Notes: generated from the letters alone by a model not told the origin. Positions 36,605 to 50,142 are shown, counted from the stretch's first letter. The stretch: 64,000 nucleotides of DNA from Octopus bimaculoides (GCF_001194135.2 NC_068984.1:25442355-25506354); one strand, 5' to 3'. Made by a program: numbers and translations.

Positions 36605-36724
36605 TTACACATACAGTTTCTGTCAACCAAATTCACAATCAAGTCTTTGGTCATTGAAGGGCTATAGTAGAAAACACTTGCCCAGTGTACTGCACAGTGG
36701 AACTGAAGAATTTATCCTCCTTTA

Positions 36725-37475
36725 GTCAAAGGCAGATCATATGATGCTTGTGTGCAAAGGGCACTGTTGCACAGCAGCAAGATGTGGGCCTTAAGTGTCA
36801 AGAGAAAATAAAAACTAGAGAGAAATGAGTATGCTTGACTTGATGTGTCATGCCAATGTCCATGAACATCTAAGTATGAATGAACTAAGAGACAAACTGG
36901 ATATAAGAGGATCAGATGTATCATGCAAGAGAGGACACCGCAATTTTATGAGCATCCAATGCAAATAGAGGATGACAGCTGCATAATCAAGTGATAAGTA
37001 TTCAAAATGAATGGTACCTGTGAAAGAGGGAAACTGAAGAAGACATGGGATGAGGTGATGAAAACGATTTCAAGATGTAACATCTAATGAAGAAGATGAC
37101 AAGGGATTGCATCAACTGGTACAAAATATTGCCATAGAAGTCCTGATCTCCCTCATAAACTTGAAGAAATACTAATTGAAAAAGTGAGATAGTATATGCA
37201 TATCCCTCTGTCTACTGGCTATTCTATACCCTCAGATCCTCCTACCATTTTGTACACCATCCTTTCATATACCTTCATATCTTTTACTCATTGTAACATA
37301 CCACCCATAAATGAAAGGAAGACACTCAATCTATGTACATTAAATATCTCTCCTTCCCCATCCAGCCACAGAAATCATGTCATAAATGAGATACTACAAC
37401 AAGACATGATCCCTCAACTCACTGAAACCTATTGAACAGTTTAACTCATTGTCAGCATGGAAAGTGGACGTAAAA
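36725..37475 (+). pseudogene. RTE LINE ORF2 C-terminus plus 3' UTR (older subfamily)
   Basis: VKGRSYDACVQRALLHSSKMWAL ... TCERGKLKKTWDEVMK, then a pyrimidine-rich UTR and tail cagcatggaaagtggacgtaaaataatgat. Confidence 0.8.
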
Positions 37476-37484
37476 TAATGATTT

Positions 37485-37487
<3 letters not shown>

Positions 37488-37521
<34 letters not shown>

Positions 37522-37557
37522 ATGCACACAAACACATACATACATACATTCATACAT

Positions 37558-37611
<54 letters not shown>

Positions 37612-37720
37612 CACACATATATACACATAAATACACACATATTACATATATACATATATATAAATGTGTATGCACACAGACATACACTTACACATACATG
37701 TATGTATATAAGTGTAAACA
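37488..37720. repeat. Compound (GT)n/(AT)n/(AC)n microsatellite
   Basis: Direct reading. Confidence 0.9.
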
Positions 37721-39150
37721 AATAATAAATACAAATTCCAGTATAAAATAACTATGAAAACACAAGCATTCACATGAGTTTTTGATCACACATCCATGCA
37801 AAATGAAACATTCATTCACATACAAAACCAAGTGCAATATCAGAAATGAGAAAAGATGCCACTGGAATGAGAACGATAATCAATATGGAAATTGCAAACC
37901 AGTACATGCATTTTCATTCAGTTCTGTTATAAACTGTCCAATCTTTGGAATGTGTCTTGTACCTCAAAGAAAACTAGAACCTGTTTACTGAGGTTTTGTG
38001 TTTAGTTATTTCAAACTACGAGTACATGTGAAACTGCAATAATACTGTTATATACTACTTAGTACTCTTCAAGTAATACAAGTGGAATGTGATCTTGATT
38101 AGAGTCATATATCATGACAGCCATCCATCGAGATAAAATTACAGAAATATAGCCAATAACAGATTTTCACTAGAGGCAGAGGCTCAAATAGCTTGCCAAG
38201 TATGACACATCTCCCCTGTGGCCATTAACAGAAGAGAATAATACAATTTCCTAGTCATAGAAAAGATATGCCAACACAAAAAAAAAAGGACAGGGGTATT
38301 TAAAAAAAAAAAACAACTTGATATTATGTCAAAACAAAAAGGCAAGGAAAGAGAGTTTTAAAACCAGACACAAAATAAGGATGATTTTTGTAGGAATATT
38401 AATTTAGTTGGGACAGAATGCAAGTATAAAATACATGATAGCCTCAAGTTTGAAAGTTTAGAGGATAGAAAACTAGTGTTGTTCACTGTAGAAGTAGATT
38501 TCACATGGTAACAGGTCATAAACTTAAATTGTGACATACAACATGTACATTATTTTCATATGGACTAGAAACAGCATGCTCCATATTCCAACATTATTTT
38601 AACATAATCAAAAAGAAAAGATTACTCCCATTTTAGACATCCAGTAAAAACATTATCATTTTAATAGTACAAAATATTAAAATTTATAAAACTGTCAGAC
38701 CCATGAAAGTTTAGAGAAAAATGGAAAGCAGAAAGAAAATGGATTAGAAAGAAGCAGGCACCTCATTTATGTGATTAGATGTTCTATTAATGCTACCTCA
38801 TCAAATATTGGTGCCTTTCAGTTAGACAGCTTGACATAAGCTCTATATATTTATGTATACTTTCATAAACATGTTCGGCATTGAGTTGCAAGGAAAAAGG
38901 AAACTGGTGTTGTTACTGAAATGTGTCTAATACAGAAACCATATCGGTAATGTGGAATATTGTGAAAGCAATTTAGATTGAGAGCAAACACTGACATTTA
39001 ATTCACCATTTCCAGTTTACTTTAAGAGTAAGAAAAAAAATTAGGGAAATATCATTTTACTCTTCCAAATGATATTAAAGTTTCTAATTACCATTTCACT
39101 TTGATGTTTTTCTCAAGCCTAGAGGATATCGCAACAATAAAGTGCTTTAA

Positions 39151-39370
39151 CCCTCAAGCATTTAAACCAGCCATATCTGACCCAAATATTCTACCTGTTT
39201 TACGTTCAAAGCAGCCAGACCAAAATTCTCACACCTATCCAACAATATAATTTTAAAAATAAGCAATCACTTCATCGAAATCTCAAAAGTCCAAGATAGT
39301 GCATGATTGATTTAAAACAATGTGAATAAACATGCATTACATTTGACCGAATAACCTGAATATTAAAGCG
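39151..39370 (+). mobile_element. piggyBac-type MITE family M
   Basis: TTAA|ccctcaagcattt ... taaagcg|TTAA. Confidence 0.82.
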
Positions 39371-39599
39371 TTAATGTCCAAAAAACAAAGTGTTTAGTGT
39401 CCAAACAATAACCAGTCTCTGTGAAATTTAAAGTCTGAATCTTTTTAGGGTTGATTTAACCTTTGTCACTGAATAGCTCATTAAAACAAATATTGCCAGT
39501 AAGCTAAGATAAATAATAAAAAATGCATAAGGTGTAACACTGTATCACTACCTCAAATGAAGAAGTTATGTAATATCTACAAGCATTGAAAGATTCATG

Positions 39600-40024
39600 T
39601 TATTATTCTTTTTACTCTTTTATTTGTTTCAGTCATTTGACTGTGGCCATACTGGAGCATTGCCTTTTTAGTCGAACAAATCAACCCCAGGACTTATTCT
39701 TTGTAAGCCTAGTACTTATTCTATCGGTCTCTTTTGCCGAACCGCCAAGTTACAGGGACGTAAACACACCAGCATCGGTTGTCAAGCGAAGCTGGGGGGA
39801 CAAACACAGACACACAAACATATACACACACATACATATATAAATAAATATACATATATACGACGAGCTTCTTTCAGTTTCCGTCTACCAAATCCACTCA
39901 CAAGGCGTTGGCCGGCCAGAGGCTATAGTAGAAGACACTTGCCCAAGGTGCCACGCAGTGGGACTGAACCCAGAACCATGTGGTTGGTAAGCAAGCTACT
40001 TACCACACAGCCACTCCTGCGCCT
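39600..40024 (-). mobile_element. Young full-length SINE family A
   Basis: Near-identical reverse complement of 22746-23115, with full tail tattctttttactctttta. Confidence 0.92.
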
Positions 40025-42194
40025 ATATGATAATTTAATAAAAACAAAATTGTTATCCTCCAGCGTTCATACTTTCATACTTTCCACTACTGCTTCTCTA
40101 TTGATCTGTCTGGCTATATATACAGTCTTACATGCCCAGATAAGAAAATATCTAACTTGTGACTCTTTCAGTTTACACTCATCTTCAGTTAATAATGAAA
40201 ACGATAATAGCCTTGAAAGTTTCAGGAAAATCCTGTACTTTCTCAAAGAATAGAACATTCCTGCATTCTTAACAGGCAAGTTGGCATCATTGCAATTCAA
40301 GATTCTTGGGATTCTTTGACCTCATCACACTGGACAGGACACAATTAGATTTATATGACTATGAAGTGTGCATTGGGAAAAATGGACACTTCTCACTCCT
40401 TTCTGGTTTTTCTTCCTTATTCAGCTACATCTTTCTAGCTCTATCATTCTCTTTATCTCTCAATCTATCTCTCAAACTATCTCTCTCATTGACTCTTATT
40501 CATACATTTTGTAGTATATTATATAGCAAATAAAATATAAGCAAATAATATTCTTTTCTATCTAGAAGTACATGATAATGTTGGGTTTTTTTGTTTTTGC
40601 TTTTTTTTTCTTATGATATTAAACACAAATATAAGAGGAAGCATGATTTTATATCTCAATTTGACCAAAACATTCTTTTTTTTTTCTATAAGCATGTTTG
40701 TATTCAACAAAATTAGAAATTTTCATACAACCTCGACTTTTTTCTTGTTTTCTAATACCATTATTTAGAATATGTAGATATTACTATTTACTCAGTATTC
40801 AAAAATCTTCCTCCGTATGCAAAAGAAGAGTTCTTTATAAACTCTAATTTTAGATTGTATAGGATTCTATTGCAGCATATGAAAACATGATTTGCAGGGA
40901 CTCTGTTATTGTATTAGTTGCTGGTAGTAGAATTTTTATCGAGATATTCATATCTTTGTATTGACCATCTGATTCGAAATTGAATTCTCACTTAGATCTG
41001 TTTATAAAACACAGAGTTGATATTCAGAGTAAGAAATATCCCCACCAATGGAGTGGCACAGATATGGTTGAGTGGTGGAAAAGTCTGCTTCATACCTGCA
41101 CGGCTTTAGGTTCCATCTTATTGCACAGCATTTTGGGCAAGCATCTTCTGAAAGGACATACAGTTGACCAAGGCCTTGCGAATGAAGTTTGCTAGACAGG
41201 GGGTGCGAGGAAGCCTGTCAGAGAGGCTGTTTCTATTCTTGCTTGGGAGACTTAATGCATCATTTGGTTTAACACTACCCACTCGGCACTTGGATGTTTT
41301 TAATCAAATTCACTGTTATAAGCATATGAGTTAAGTCTCTGGTCAGAGAACAACTTCCTCCCTTAATCCCAAACATCTCAGAGGTCCCTAAAAAGTGTCA
41401 TGGATGTGGCCCTCTTTTTCTGGCTAGCCCCCCCACCACACACACACCAGAAAAAAAAACAGAAAGCAACCCCACCACCACCACCACCACCACCACCACC
41501 ATCACTATCACCCCACCTCCCTTTCAGAAACATGAACTTACAGCTTATCTGAATACTTAAAAGTATTGAAAAGTGTTGTAGTATCATCGTTTTAGTGCCA
41601 TAGTGTTTTTTCATAACAATGTCATGAGATTCAGCTCAATGGTTACATGATGGAGACTATTTAACATGGCTGCCTTTTAAGAGTTGATTTTTTCCTCTTT
41701 TTTATGTCATGCTTTGCAGTTTTACTTGGTCATTCAGTTAAGACCATGGAATGATATAATGAGCCACATATGATTATTATTTTACTTTGATAAACACTCT
41801 GTTATAAAATTACATTAATAACCTTGAACAAGGCCCCTCTATCTGGAATTATGTTTGGCAATAATAATTTCTTCTAATTGATAAAATGTATAACTGCTCC
41901 ATTTTCTAATCAGAAAACTGAAAATAGCAAATGGAAAAGAAAACAGCACATATACGTAAATTCCAAAATATTAGCTTAACACTTGGGCATTTTCCTTGCA
42001 ATATAAGATTCTGATATAGAGCGATAAAAATAAACTTCAACTAGCAACTGATATTTCACTGTTCGATACTGGTTATTGAAAACATTGATTTGTTTAAAGA
42101 TCTCAGGATACAATCAATGCTACATGGCAATTTTAGTTTTTAATCACATGACTTTAAATCAAATGACATTCAGTATTTATTTTTAAATCACTGA

Positions 42195-42266
<72 letters not shown>

Positions 42267-42902
42267 TGAATACAAGTAATAAAAAACAACAAAAGTCCAA
42301 TGGATGTCCACGGTTACTATTATTAGGATGTTGCTCGAGGTAGGTGTATGTATAACATTTTGGACATAGTCCTTCATTAGATACAAGAAGAAAGTCCAGG
42401 ACAGACTAGGAAGAGGAAACGAGATATAGATATAAAATAAGACAAAAGAGCACAAAAAATATGAATATACATTAGGTTTGTGTGTGTGTGTCCGAGTCGG
42501 TCTGTGTGCACGCACACACCTGTATGCACCAGCACACATACACACATATGCATATACTTATATATATGAAACTTAGATGTTATCTCGTGCATATTAGTTG
42601 GATACTATTTAACTGCCACTATCCATCACATCTGTTCTCTATTTGCTTCTATTTTGGTTTTAACATGCACAGAACACATTTGTGCATTTCCAATTTATGC
42701 CAGATATGCATGCTTAGAAATTTCTATAAAATATAATTTATAAACAGTAAATATTGTTATCCATAAATTGCTATAGTTTTGTGAAGTAACATGATTTCTA
42801 AGTCTTAATTTAGTACTTCATGGGACAACAAAGAAAAACAGAAATGGAAAGAAAAGAAAATGGTTACGTTGTAAAAAAAAATAAATGAAATAAATCCTTT
42901 AC

Positions 42903-42986
42903 CTGCTTCTTGGAAGAAACATTGAACCTTCAATAAAGACTGATCCAGATAACAAGATGTACCAACAGGTGCTTAATTCCCCCTGA
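42903..42986 (-). CDS. RAPGEF2: Internal coding exon (84 nt, phase 2-2) of PDZ-GEF / Rap guanine nucleotide exchange factor 2/6 orthologue, N-terminal cNMP-binding-like domain
   Basis: Minus strand reads tttattcttttgttcttttgcag|T CAG GGG GAA TTA AGC ACC TGT TGG TAC ATC TTG TTA TCT GGA TCA GTC TTT ATT GAA GGT TCA ATG TTT CTT CCA AGA AGC AG|gtaaag, i.e. QGELSTCWYILLSGSVFIEGSMFLPRS(S). This matches the recalled vertebrate RAPGEF2 segment PDDIGTCWYILLSGSVFIKESMFLPRSS, with a long polypyrimidine tract and a canonical donor. Confidence 0.93.
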
Positions 42987-43269
42987 CTGCAAAAGAACAA
43001 AAGAATAAATAGTTTTATGAAGAAAACATACAAAGAAAATTTAAATTTGAAGATGATAATAGAAAAATGTCAATTATTTGAAAGATTTCGAGTGCCACAA
43101 TCATTAGTTTCCATTTTTGTAGATTATTGTAAAACATGTTAGTTCTCTCAAACAATTATTGTTTTATTTTATTTTCTCGCTCGCTATTTAAAAGATTAAA
43201 ATGAAATAATAATTTTACTGACATGCTATAAATATTTGTTCCAAGAGTCCAGAGAATTTTCCAAAATTT

Positions 43270-43865
43270 TATAGGCAAAGTTGTGGCTATACAGTTAAGA
43301 AGCTTTGTGAGCTCAGATTCAATCTCACTGCAGGGCACTTTGGACTAGTGCAACAGTTCTCAACTGTGGATCCCAGGGTCACATGCAGCTCTCAAGTATC
43401 CTTCTGGCAGACCCCGACATTTTCTCCTCTTTAAATATAACAATTTTTTCTTTAATTGACTTGTGTTTTACTTTTTTGGTGTGGATCCCCTAAAAGAAAC
43501 CAGGTTTTGGATTTGGCCCGGATATTAAAAAGGCTGAAAACCACTGAGTGGGCTAGTTTTCTTCTATTAATGAGACCTGAGTGAATTTGGTAGACGGAAA
43601 CTGAAAGAAGCCCATTGTGTAAGTGTGTGAGTGAGTGTCCCCTTTTCTAGATATCATGTGATGGTTATAAGTAAACATTGCCATCATACAAGTGAGGTTG
43701 TTTGTTTCCAGTCTTCCATGAAAAACATGTCTAAATATTGGGGAAATATTATCTTGCTTGGAAAGAGGTGAGGGTTGGAAACAGGAAGGGTATTTGATCA
43801 TAGAAAATCTAGCTCAACAAATTCTGTCCAATCCATGCAAACACAGAGATGTGGATGTTAAATGA
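43270..43865 (+). mobile_element. SINE family C interrupted by an hAT-like MITE
   Basis: Head 43270-43350; body resumes at gaatttggtagacggaaactgaaagaagccc; tail ends ggatgttaaatga. Confidence 0.65.
43351..43546. mobile_element. hAT-like MITE
   Basis: Termini caacagttctcaac / ggctgaaaaccactg; TSD not clear. Confidence 0.55.
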
Positions 43866-44265
43866 ATTAGTCTTGCATCCAAAAATATAAATGGCAACTA
43901 GAAAGATATACTTAATAAAATTGTTATCCCATATCATCAAATTATGAATCTAGATGTCATTTTTGTTGAATTTTCTAAATGCAATTACTGCACTTAATAT
44001 ACTTATTACTTTAAAGATTACACATACTTACAATTAATTTTACACCTGTTTACTTAGCTGGCTACATTTTCAACTCAACATAACCACAAAATGTTACTTT
44101 TAAAAGACTCAAGAAATAAATATATGCAGCTTATTAAATTATAAACCAGTCTTAGAGAATTAGTAAGTTTATTTAGTAAACCTAACATCAGGAATAAAAT
44201 CAAAAGCTTTTATGTATTTGACTATAAAAATCCTGAAGAAAAAATGCATTCAGTTAAAGCAAAAC

Positions 44266-44480
44266 ATGGAAGTGACTGTGCATAATATTTTTATACAATA
44301 GTTTTAAGATATGTAAGACACATATATGTAGTCATAGCAGGAAACAGAAATGACTGTATATAAATATTTTTATACTATAGCTTTAGCCATAGCAGGAAAC
44401 AAATGATAGTTTACAATACTTTTTATAGCTTAAAGGATAAATGTTGTCAAAGCAGGAAACAGAAATGATTGTTTAAAATA
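44266..44480. repeat. Degenerate ~55-65-bp minisatellite, 3-4 units
   Basis: catagcaggaaacagaaatgactgt at 44333, variants at 44388 and 44448, partial at 44266; spacers related to each other. Confidence 0.7.
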
Positions 44481-44490
44481 TATTTGTAGT

Positions 44491-44719
44491 GCCTTTAACA
44501 TTTAAGCCAGCCCCATCCAATCCAAATACTCTACCTGCTTTATGGTCAGACCAGCCAGATTCAGCATTTCACACCAACCCTACAATGTCATTCTAAAAGT
44601 TAACTAGCAGATCATCAAGATCATTAAACTCTTGAAGGCACAAGATAATGCATGATTAATTCAAAACAATGTGAATAAAAGAGCATTACATTTGACAGAA
44701 TAATCTGAATGCTAAGGGG
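44491..44719 (+). mobile_element. piggyBac-type MITE family M
   Basis: Body matches family M; right end gaatgctaagggg|TTAA. Confidence 0.8.
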
Positions 44720-44989
44720 TTAAAATATGTAGGATCAACAGATTTTTACTTAGAGCGAGTAACTCAACATAGCAGCTCCTAAATCACAGTCGGTGAGTAC
44801 CCCAGTTATTACCACAATTTACAAAAGAATTTTGTTATTCCCTACAAACTGATACAAATTTCAAAATGAACTCTCAATCAAAAAATTCTCAAAGCTTATT
44901 TTATGTTTTTTATACATTGATCTAACTCCACAAAATAATAATCATAAATATTGTAATAATGACTGTTTCTGATTTAGACACAAATCCAG

Positions 44990-45175
44990 AATTGTAAGGG
45001 GAAGGGTTTAGCCAATAATATCAACCCCTGTACTTAGCTGATACTCTATTTCTACTCCAGAGGTATGAAAGGCAAAGTTGACCCCAAGAAGAACTGAACT
45101 CAGAAAGTAAAGAGTTTAAAGAAATACCTTGAGGTATATTATCGAACCCTTTAATGATTCTACCAGCTCACTTCC
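44990..45175 (-). mobile_element. Old SINE family D
   Basis: tatgaaaggcaaagttgacccc...actgaactcagaa matches the 36369-36604 core. Confidence 0.6.
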
Positions 45176-45781
45176 ATATTTTATCAACCCAAGAGGAATG
45201 AAATGTAAGGCTGATCTCAGAGTATTTCAACAATGAAATGAAATACAAGTGTATACTTTCAATTGCTACCTTAAAGCAATTGGGTTAAAATATTTAAGCC
45301 TGCAGCAATGAAAATTGATAAAATACTGTAAATACTAAGAAGTTACATTTCTAAGCAGAAATGTCAAGTCAATTTGTGTGTTACTGGCAATATGCAATCC
45401 TATACACCCATAGTATTCTGCAACAAAACCAACATATCCACCAAGCTAGCCTAGTGAAGAGGGATGCTAGGAACTCAGAAGACCAAATATAAGACCTGTC
45501 AAGAAAAACCTATAATCCTAGTATATAGTCAAGGATTATCTAGCAATAGTACAGGAAAACCGAGAAATATTAAGTTTGGTGAATAAGCTTCCAGTAAGAC
45601 TACTTTCAGGATGATGGACACTTTGTGCTTCTTAGAACATCTGTCTTGGAGAAAGATAGATAGGGTCTTTTAGCCATGTTTTGGGCAATCTATCTGCACT
45701 GCCTCTATGCCATGTTGTTGAGTCCAAGAAGACAACAATTAGAGGAGTACAGCTTGAATGAAAAACACGCTATAGTGATCA

Positions 45782-45981
45782 GCTTTAGCATTCACATTAT
45801 TTTGTCAAATGTATTGCTTATTTATTCACAAATTGTCTTGTAGCTTCAAGATTTTGATGATGTGACTTTATTTTTAGAATGTCATTGTAAGGCAAAAGTG
45901 AGGGGCCCCAGCTCTGGCTAGTTTGAACATAAAACATGCAGAATATTTTGGCTAATTATGCCTCATTTAAATGCTAAAGGG
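45782..45981 (-). mobile_element. piggyBac-type MITE family M
   Basis: ctttagcattcacattattttgtcaaatg ... atttaaatgctaaaggg|TTAA. Confidence 0.8.
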
Positions 45982-46594
45982 TTAAGGCAGTTACTGACAG
46001 ACTAGATTTTTGACAGCTTCCTGTAGCTGAGAGGAGGTACCACTCATGTTAAGTTACCCTACCACTGGATCTATCTCCTTCACAACTATGACTATAAAGC
46101 TTCATTGCATACCTATCTCTTGTAATGTGTATCAAGGGTCCATATAAGAAGAGAAAATGCTTGTAGTTAATGCTGTTGTGGCAGCTGGGGTATCACACAC
46201 ACACACATCTGCAACAATGGAATACTGACATTTCTGTAGTTTCCTTGCTTGTGAGGATATATGTTAGGTGTAGTAGCAGTTATGATTCTCTGGTGACCCA
46301 CACAGTTGCCTCCTCCATTGACATTGCTCTTTAATATGTATATTCATCAAGGAATTGACAAATGAAAGGGATTGATTGGAATTTAGTCATCAAACAAACA
46401 ATTAATGGAGAAGAGGCTTTATCGTATCATCAAATTCAATGGACAGCAAGGAAGCAAACATTTATGATGGAGAAAGCGTCAAGGGAGTGTCTGTAACATG
46501 GCACAGAACAGATATTAAAAAAGATTATTTGTGGGTGGGGATGGGGGAGGTACCAATGTGCATCAACAATAGATACACTCTTACATGTGCAGAG

Positions 46595-46625
<31 letters not shown>

Positions 46626-46754
46626 TGAATGAATTATGGACAAATGAATGAATTATGGATAAATGAATGGACAGATAGACAAAGACCGACAACATCCAAA
46701 CCCTTACTGTCATACGAAATTCCACTCACAAGGTAATTGGGTAACTCAAGACTA

Positions 46755-47135
46755 CCTTTTATCTTTTACTTGTTTCAGTCATTAGACAGCAGCCATGCTG
46801 GGGCACTGATTTCAAGAATTTTTAGTTGAATGAATCAACCTTAGTACTTACTTTTTAAAAGCTTGGTACCTATTCTATCTGTCTCTTTTGCTGAACTGCT
46901 AAGTTACAGGGACATAAACGCAACAACACCAATTGTCAAGCAGTGGTCAGAGACAGATACAAAGACACACACATGTAGATATTTATATGATGGGCTTCTT
47001 TCAGTTTCTGTCTACCAAATCCACTCACAAGGCTTTGGTTGGCCTGAGGATATACAAGTTGCCCTACAGTAGGACTGAAGCTGGAACCATGCAGTTGGAA
47101 AGTAAACTTCTTACCACATAGCCATGCCTTTGCCT
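46755..47135 (-). mobile_element. SINE family A
   Basis: Reverse copy, tail to head. Confidence 0.8.
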
Positions 47136-48301
47136 AAGATCATGCACAATGAGATCAAACCCAGACCCACAAATTTGCAAAGGAAACTTCTTAACCATAC
47201 AACCATGCCAGTACTTATAGTTATGATATTTTAATTTGGAGGCATAGATGTATCACTTTGGTGAAATATATCTTTCTCCATTCTCTCTAAGTCTATGAGA
47301 AGATTTATTAAACTATTTTAATTTTGAATATTGTCAGATCTTAGAACACAAATAACAAGCACTCTTCTACAATATCTAAAAACATGATATGCTTTCTATT
47401 TTTGTTTATTTTTGTAACTATATTTACACAGAAAACAACCAAAATCTGCTATATAACTAATATAAATAGCTAGTTTCCAATCATAGATAAAAGTATCTCA
47501 GAACCACTATGAATTCTGCCTTTTATCAATGAACCTAAGTTATTTACTACTGCTGTAAAAGGCATGTGGTTTCTATGATGCAAGTAAAGTAATATCATGC
47601 AGGCTTTATTGAAATAAAATAAACCCCTCTAACTCTCATTAATAACATTTAGAAAACATGGTGTTCCAATGATATTTCCAATTATAAAACTGATAATGGA
47701 ATTAATGTGAAACATTTACAAATATAACTATTCCATAAGCCAAAAATACTCTTGAAATCAGTGTCAGGTGAAGGAAAACAGCTGCTAACAATAAATTTAT
47801 TCAGACATTTGAAGAAATTGTTATGTAACATATATCAAAATTAATAGCGTCTTTACTTAGTGAAGCTTTTACTTATAAAACAACAATAACAATTTGAATT
47901 TTCCTCTCTTTCCTAATTACTTTGACATTTGAAACAATCTTATTCATATGCAATATGAAAACTAAAAATAATTTAAAACCTAATTCCCCCAGATTTGAAA
48001 TCATTTTCAAAACAGAGACTGAATGCATCAGTTACATAGTGAAGTTGTATATATCTATAATTCTTCAGATATCACCCAAACCAACGTGAAGTTCTATTTC
48101 CAGCTTAAATTCATAATATCATCAAATCTACTTTGTTTCTTAAGGACATAGAGTACGAGAATTCTGCTGAATATTTCAATAAGCATTTCTATAATATTTG
48201 CTGCAATTGCTATTTTTGTCTCAGGAAAATAATAAGCATGTACAGATTTTTGTCTTTAACTCATTGTAATATCTGTATTCATCACTTGATTACCTTCAAG
48301 C

Positions 48302-48339
<38 letters not shown>

Positions 48340-48823
48340 ATTCTTTGTTTCTTTATTGGCATCAGTAAATAAAAAAAAAATCAATAAGTTATATGTTCAG
48401 AATGGTGCACTTGATCATATTTCAATCTACTCAATTATGAAAGTGTCAAGGGCTGTTATAAAAAAATTTCGCAATATTAATATTGATTAAGAAATATTAT
48501 TCAGAATGCTATTAATGCCATATAAATGTTTCCCAATTGCTAACCTAATCTCATTCATACAAAACGTTTAGTAACCCTTTACACAGATCAAAACTTCCTA
48601 TTTTAACTTCAGAAAGTAGTGACAGAGCTTTCAGCTTCTATATTTCAAGATATTAAAGTACTTTTCCTGATGATGTCCAGCAGTGTAAATTGATTGATTT
48701 ATTCATCATTCACACAAATACCTTTTATTCTTGGATTATTTGGAAGAACTCATTCAAATCTATTGTCTTCACAAGTACCCAGCATTTATCTTTTTAAACA
48801 CTTATCACTTTTTTTTTTTTGTT

Positions 48824-49684
48824 AAAACTTATATTGACATTAGTTAAACTGTTGCATAGAACACTAAGCTATAGAAAATAGAAGAGTTGGAGAATTGCAG
48901 TTTACTGTTTCACTCCTTTTCCCTCCCACCACCACCACCACCAATCTTTCAGGAAATCTTTGCATTTAACAGGTTAAGATTTGGCTACATTAGCAAGAAA
49001 TTTGCTTCACAACCATGTGGTTTCTGGTTCAGTACCACTGTACAGCACCTTGGGCAGGTGTCTTCCATTATAGTCCCAGGCCAATCAATGCCTTGTGAAT
49101 GAATTAAGTAGACAGTAACAATGTCCATTAAGTGTGGGTGTGTGTATTTATGCTTGTCCCCCACTGCTTGACAACTGTTGTTGGTTTGTTTACATTCTCA
49201 TAATTAGTGGTTCACCAAAAAAGAGACTAGCAGAAAAGGTACAAGACATAAAGATATATAAATAAATACAGGAATCAATTTGATCAACTAAACATTTCAA
49301 GGCAAACATGGCCACATGAAATAAGTAAAATAATAAAATAAAGATAAATAACTATGTTGATATTCTCCTACTGAGGACTTGCCTTTAATGATAGTTATGA
49401 TAATTAAGTAGACATTGTTACTGTCTACTTAATTCATTCACAAGGCATTGATTGGCCAAGGTGCTGTACAGTGGTACTGAACCAGAAACCACATGGTTGT
49501 GAAACAAATTTCTTGCTAATGCGGCCATATCTTCACCTGTTAAATGCAAAAATTTCCTGAAAAGAGTGGTGGTTGTGGTGGGAGGGAAAAAGGCTGAAAC
49601 AGTCAACTGCAATTCTCCAACTCTTCTATTTTCTATAGCTTAGTGTTCTATGTAACAGTTTAACGAACGTCAATATAAGTTTTT
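48824..49684. repeat. Long inverted duplication (arms 48824-49125 and 49411-49684)
   Basis: Arms are reverse complements over unique flank plus SINE head; the right arm lacks ~25 bp. Confidence 0.92.
48985..49335 (+). mobile_element. SINE family A (older)
   Basis: ggctacattagcaagaaatttgcttcacaaccatgtgg head; degraded body and tail. Confidence 0.65.
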
Positions 49685-50142
49685 CATGATACTTATTATA
49701 ATTTATACTTTGAAGGAAAAACAAATCTTTAATAAGATACACAAAAAATTTTCAAATACTTTTGGAATTTTATAATGTTAGACTGATATACTATCAACAG
49801 ACTTTGACGAGTTCAGTATATTATTTTATAAATAATATAGATAGACTCTTAAAGAAGAATTCAACTCAACTTTGAGTGATTTCTAAGTATCAAAAAGGTC
49901 AGTGCCTTACGACTATCTTTTTATGTACTTTACTTCTATAATTCAGATGGTAAACTTTTTGACCTCTGTCTGATACAAAAATTTTATCTGCTTAAGCTTA
50001 CACCAACATTTACAATTCTATCACATTTAACCGAATCAGTATTCTCAACCTTTCATACTTTTACAGCTTAGTGTTCTTTTCACTGAACTTTGTTTTACAA
50101 ACAAACATCTTTTCACATGATTGGGGGGGGGGACAATTTTTA

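Noticed and set aside
44266-44480. Repeat-spacer pattern resembling a CRISPR array
   Set aside because: Eukaryotic intron, the spacers are homologous to each other, the repeats are degenerate, and there are no cas genes
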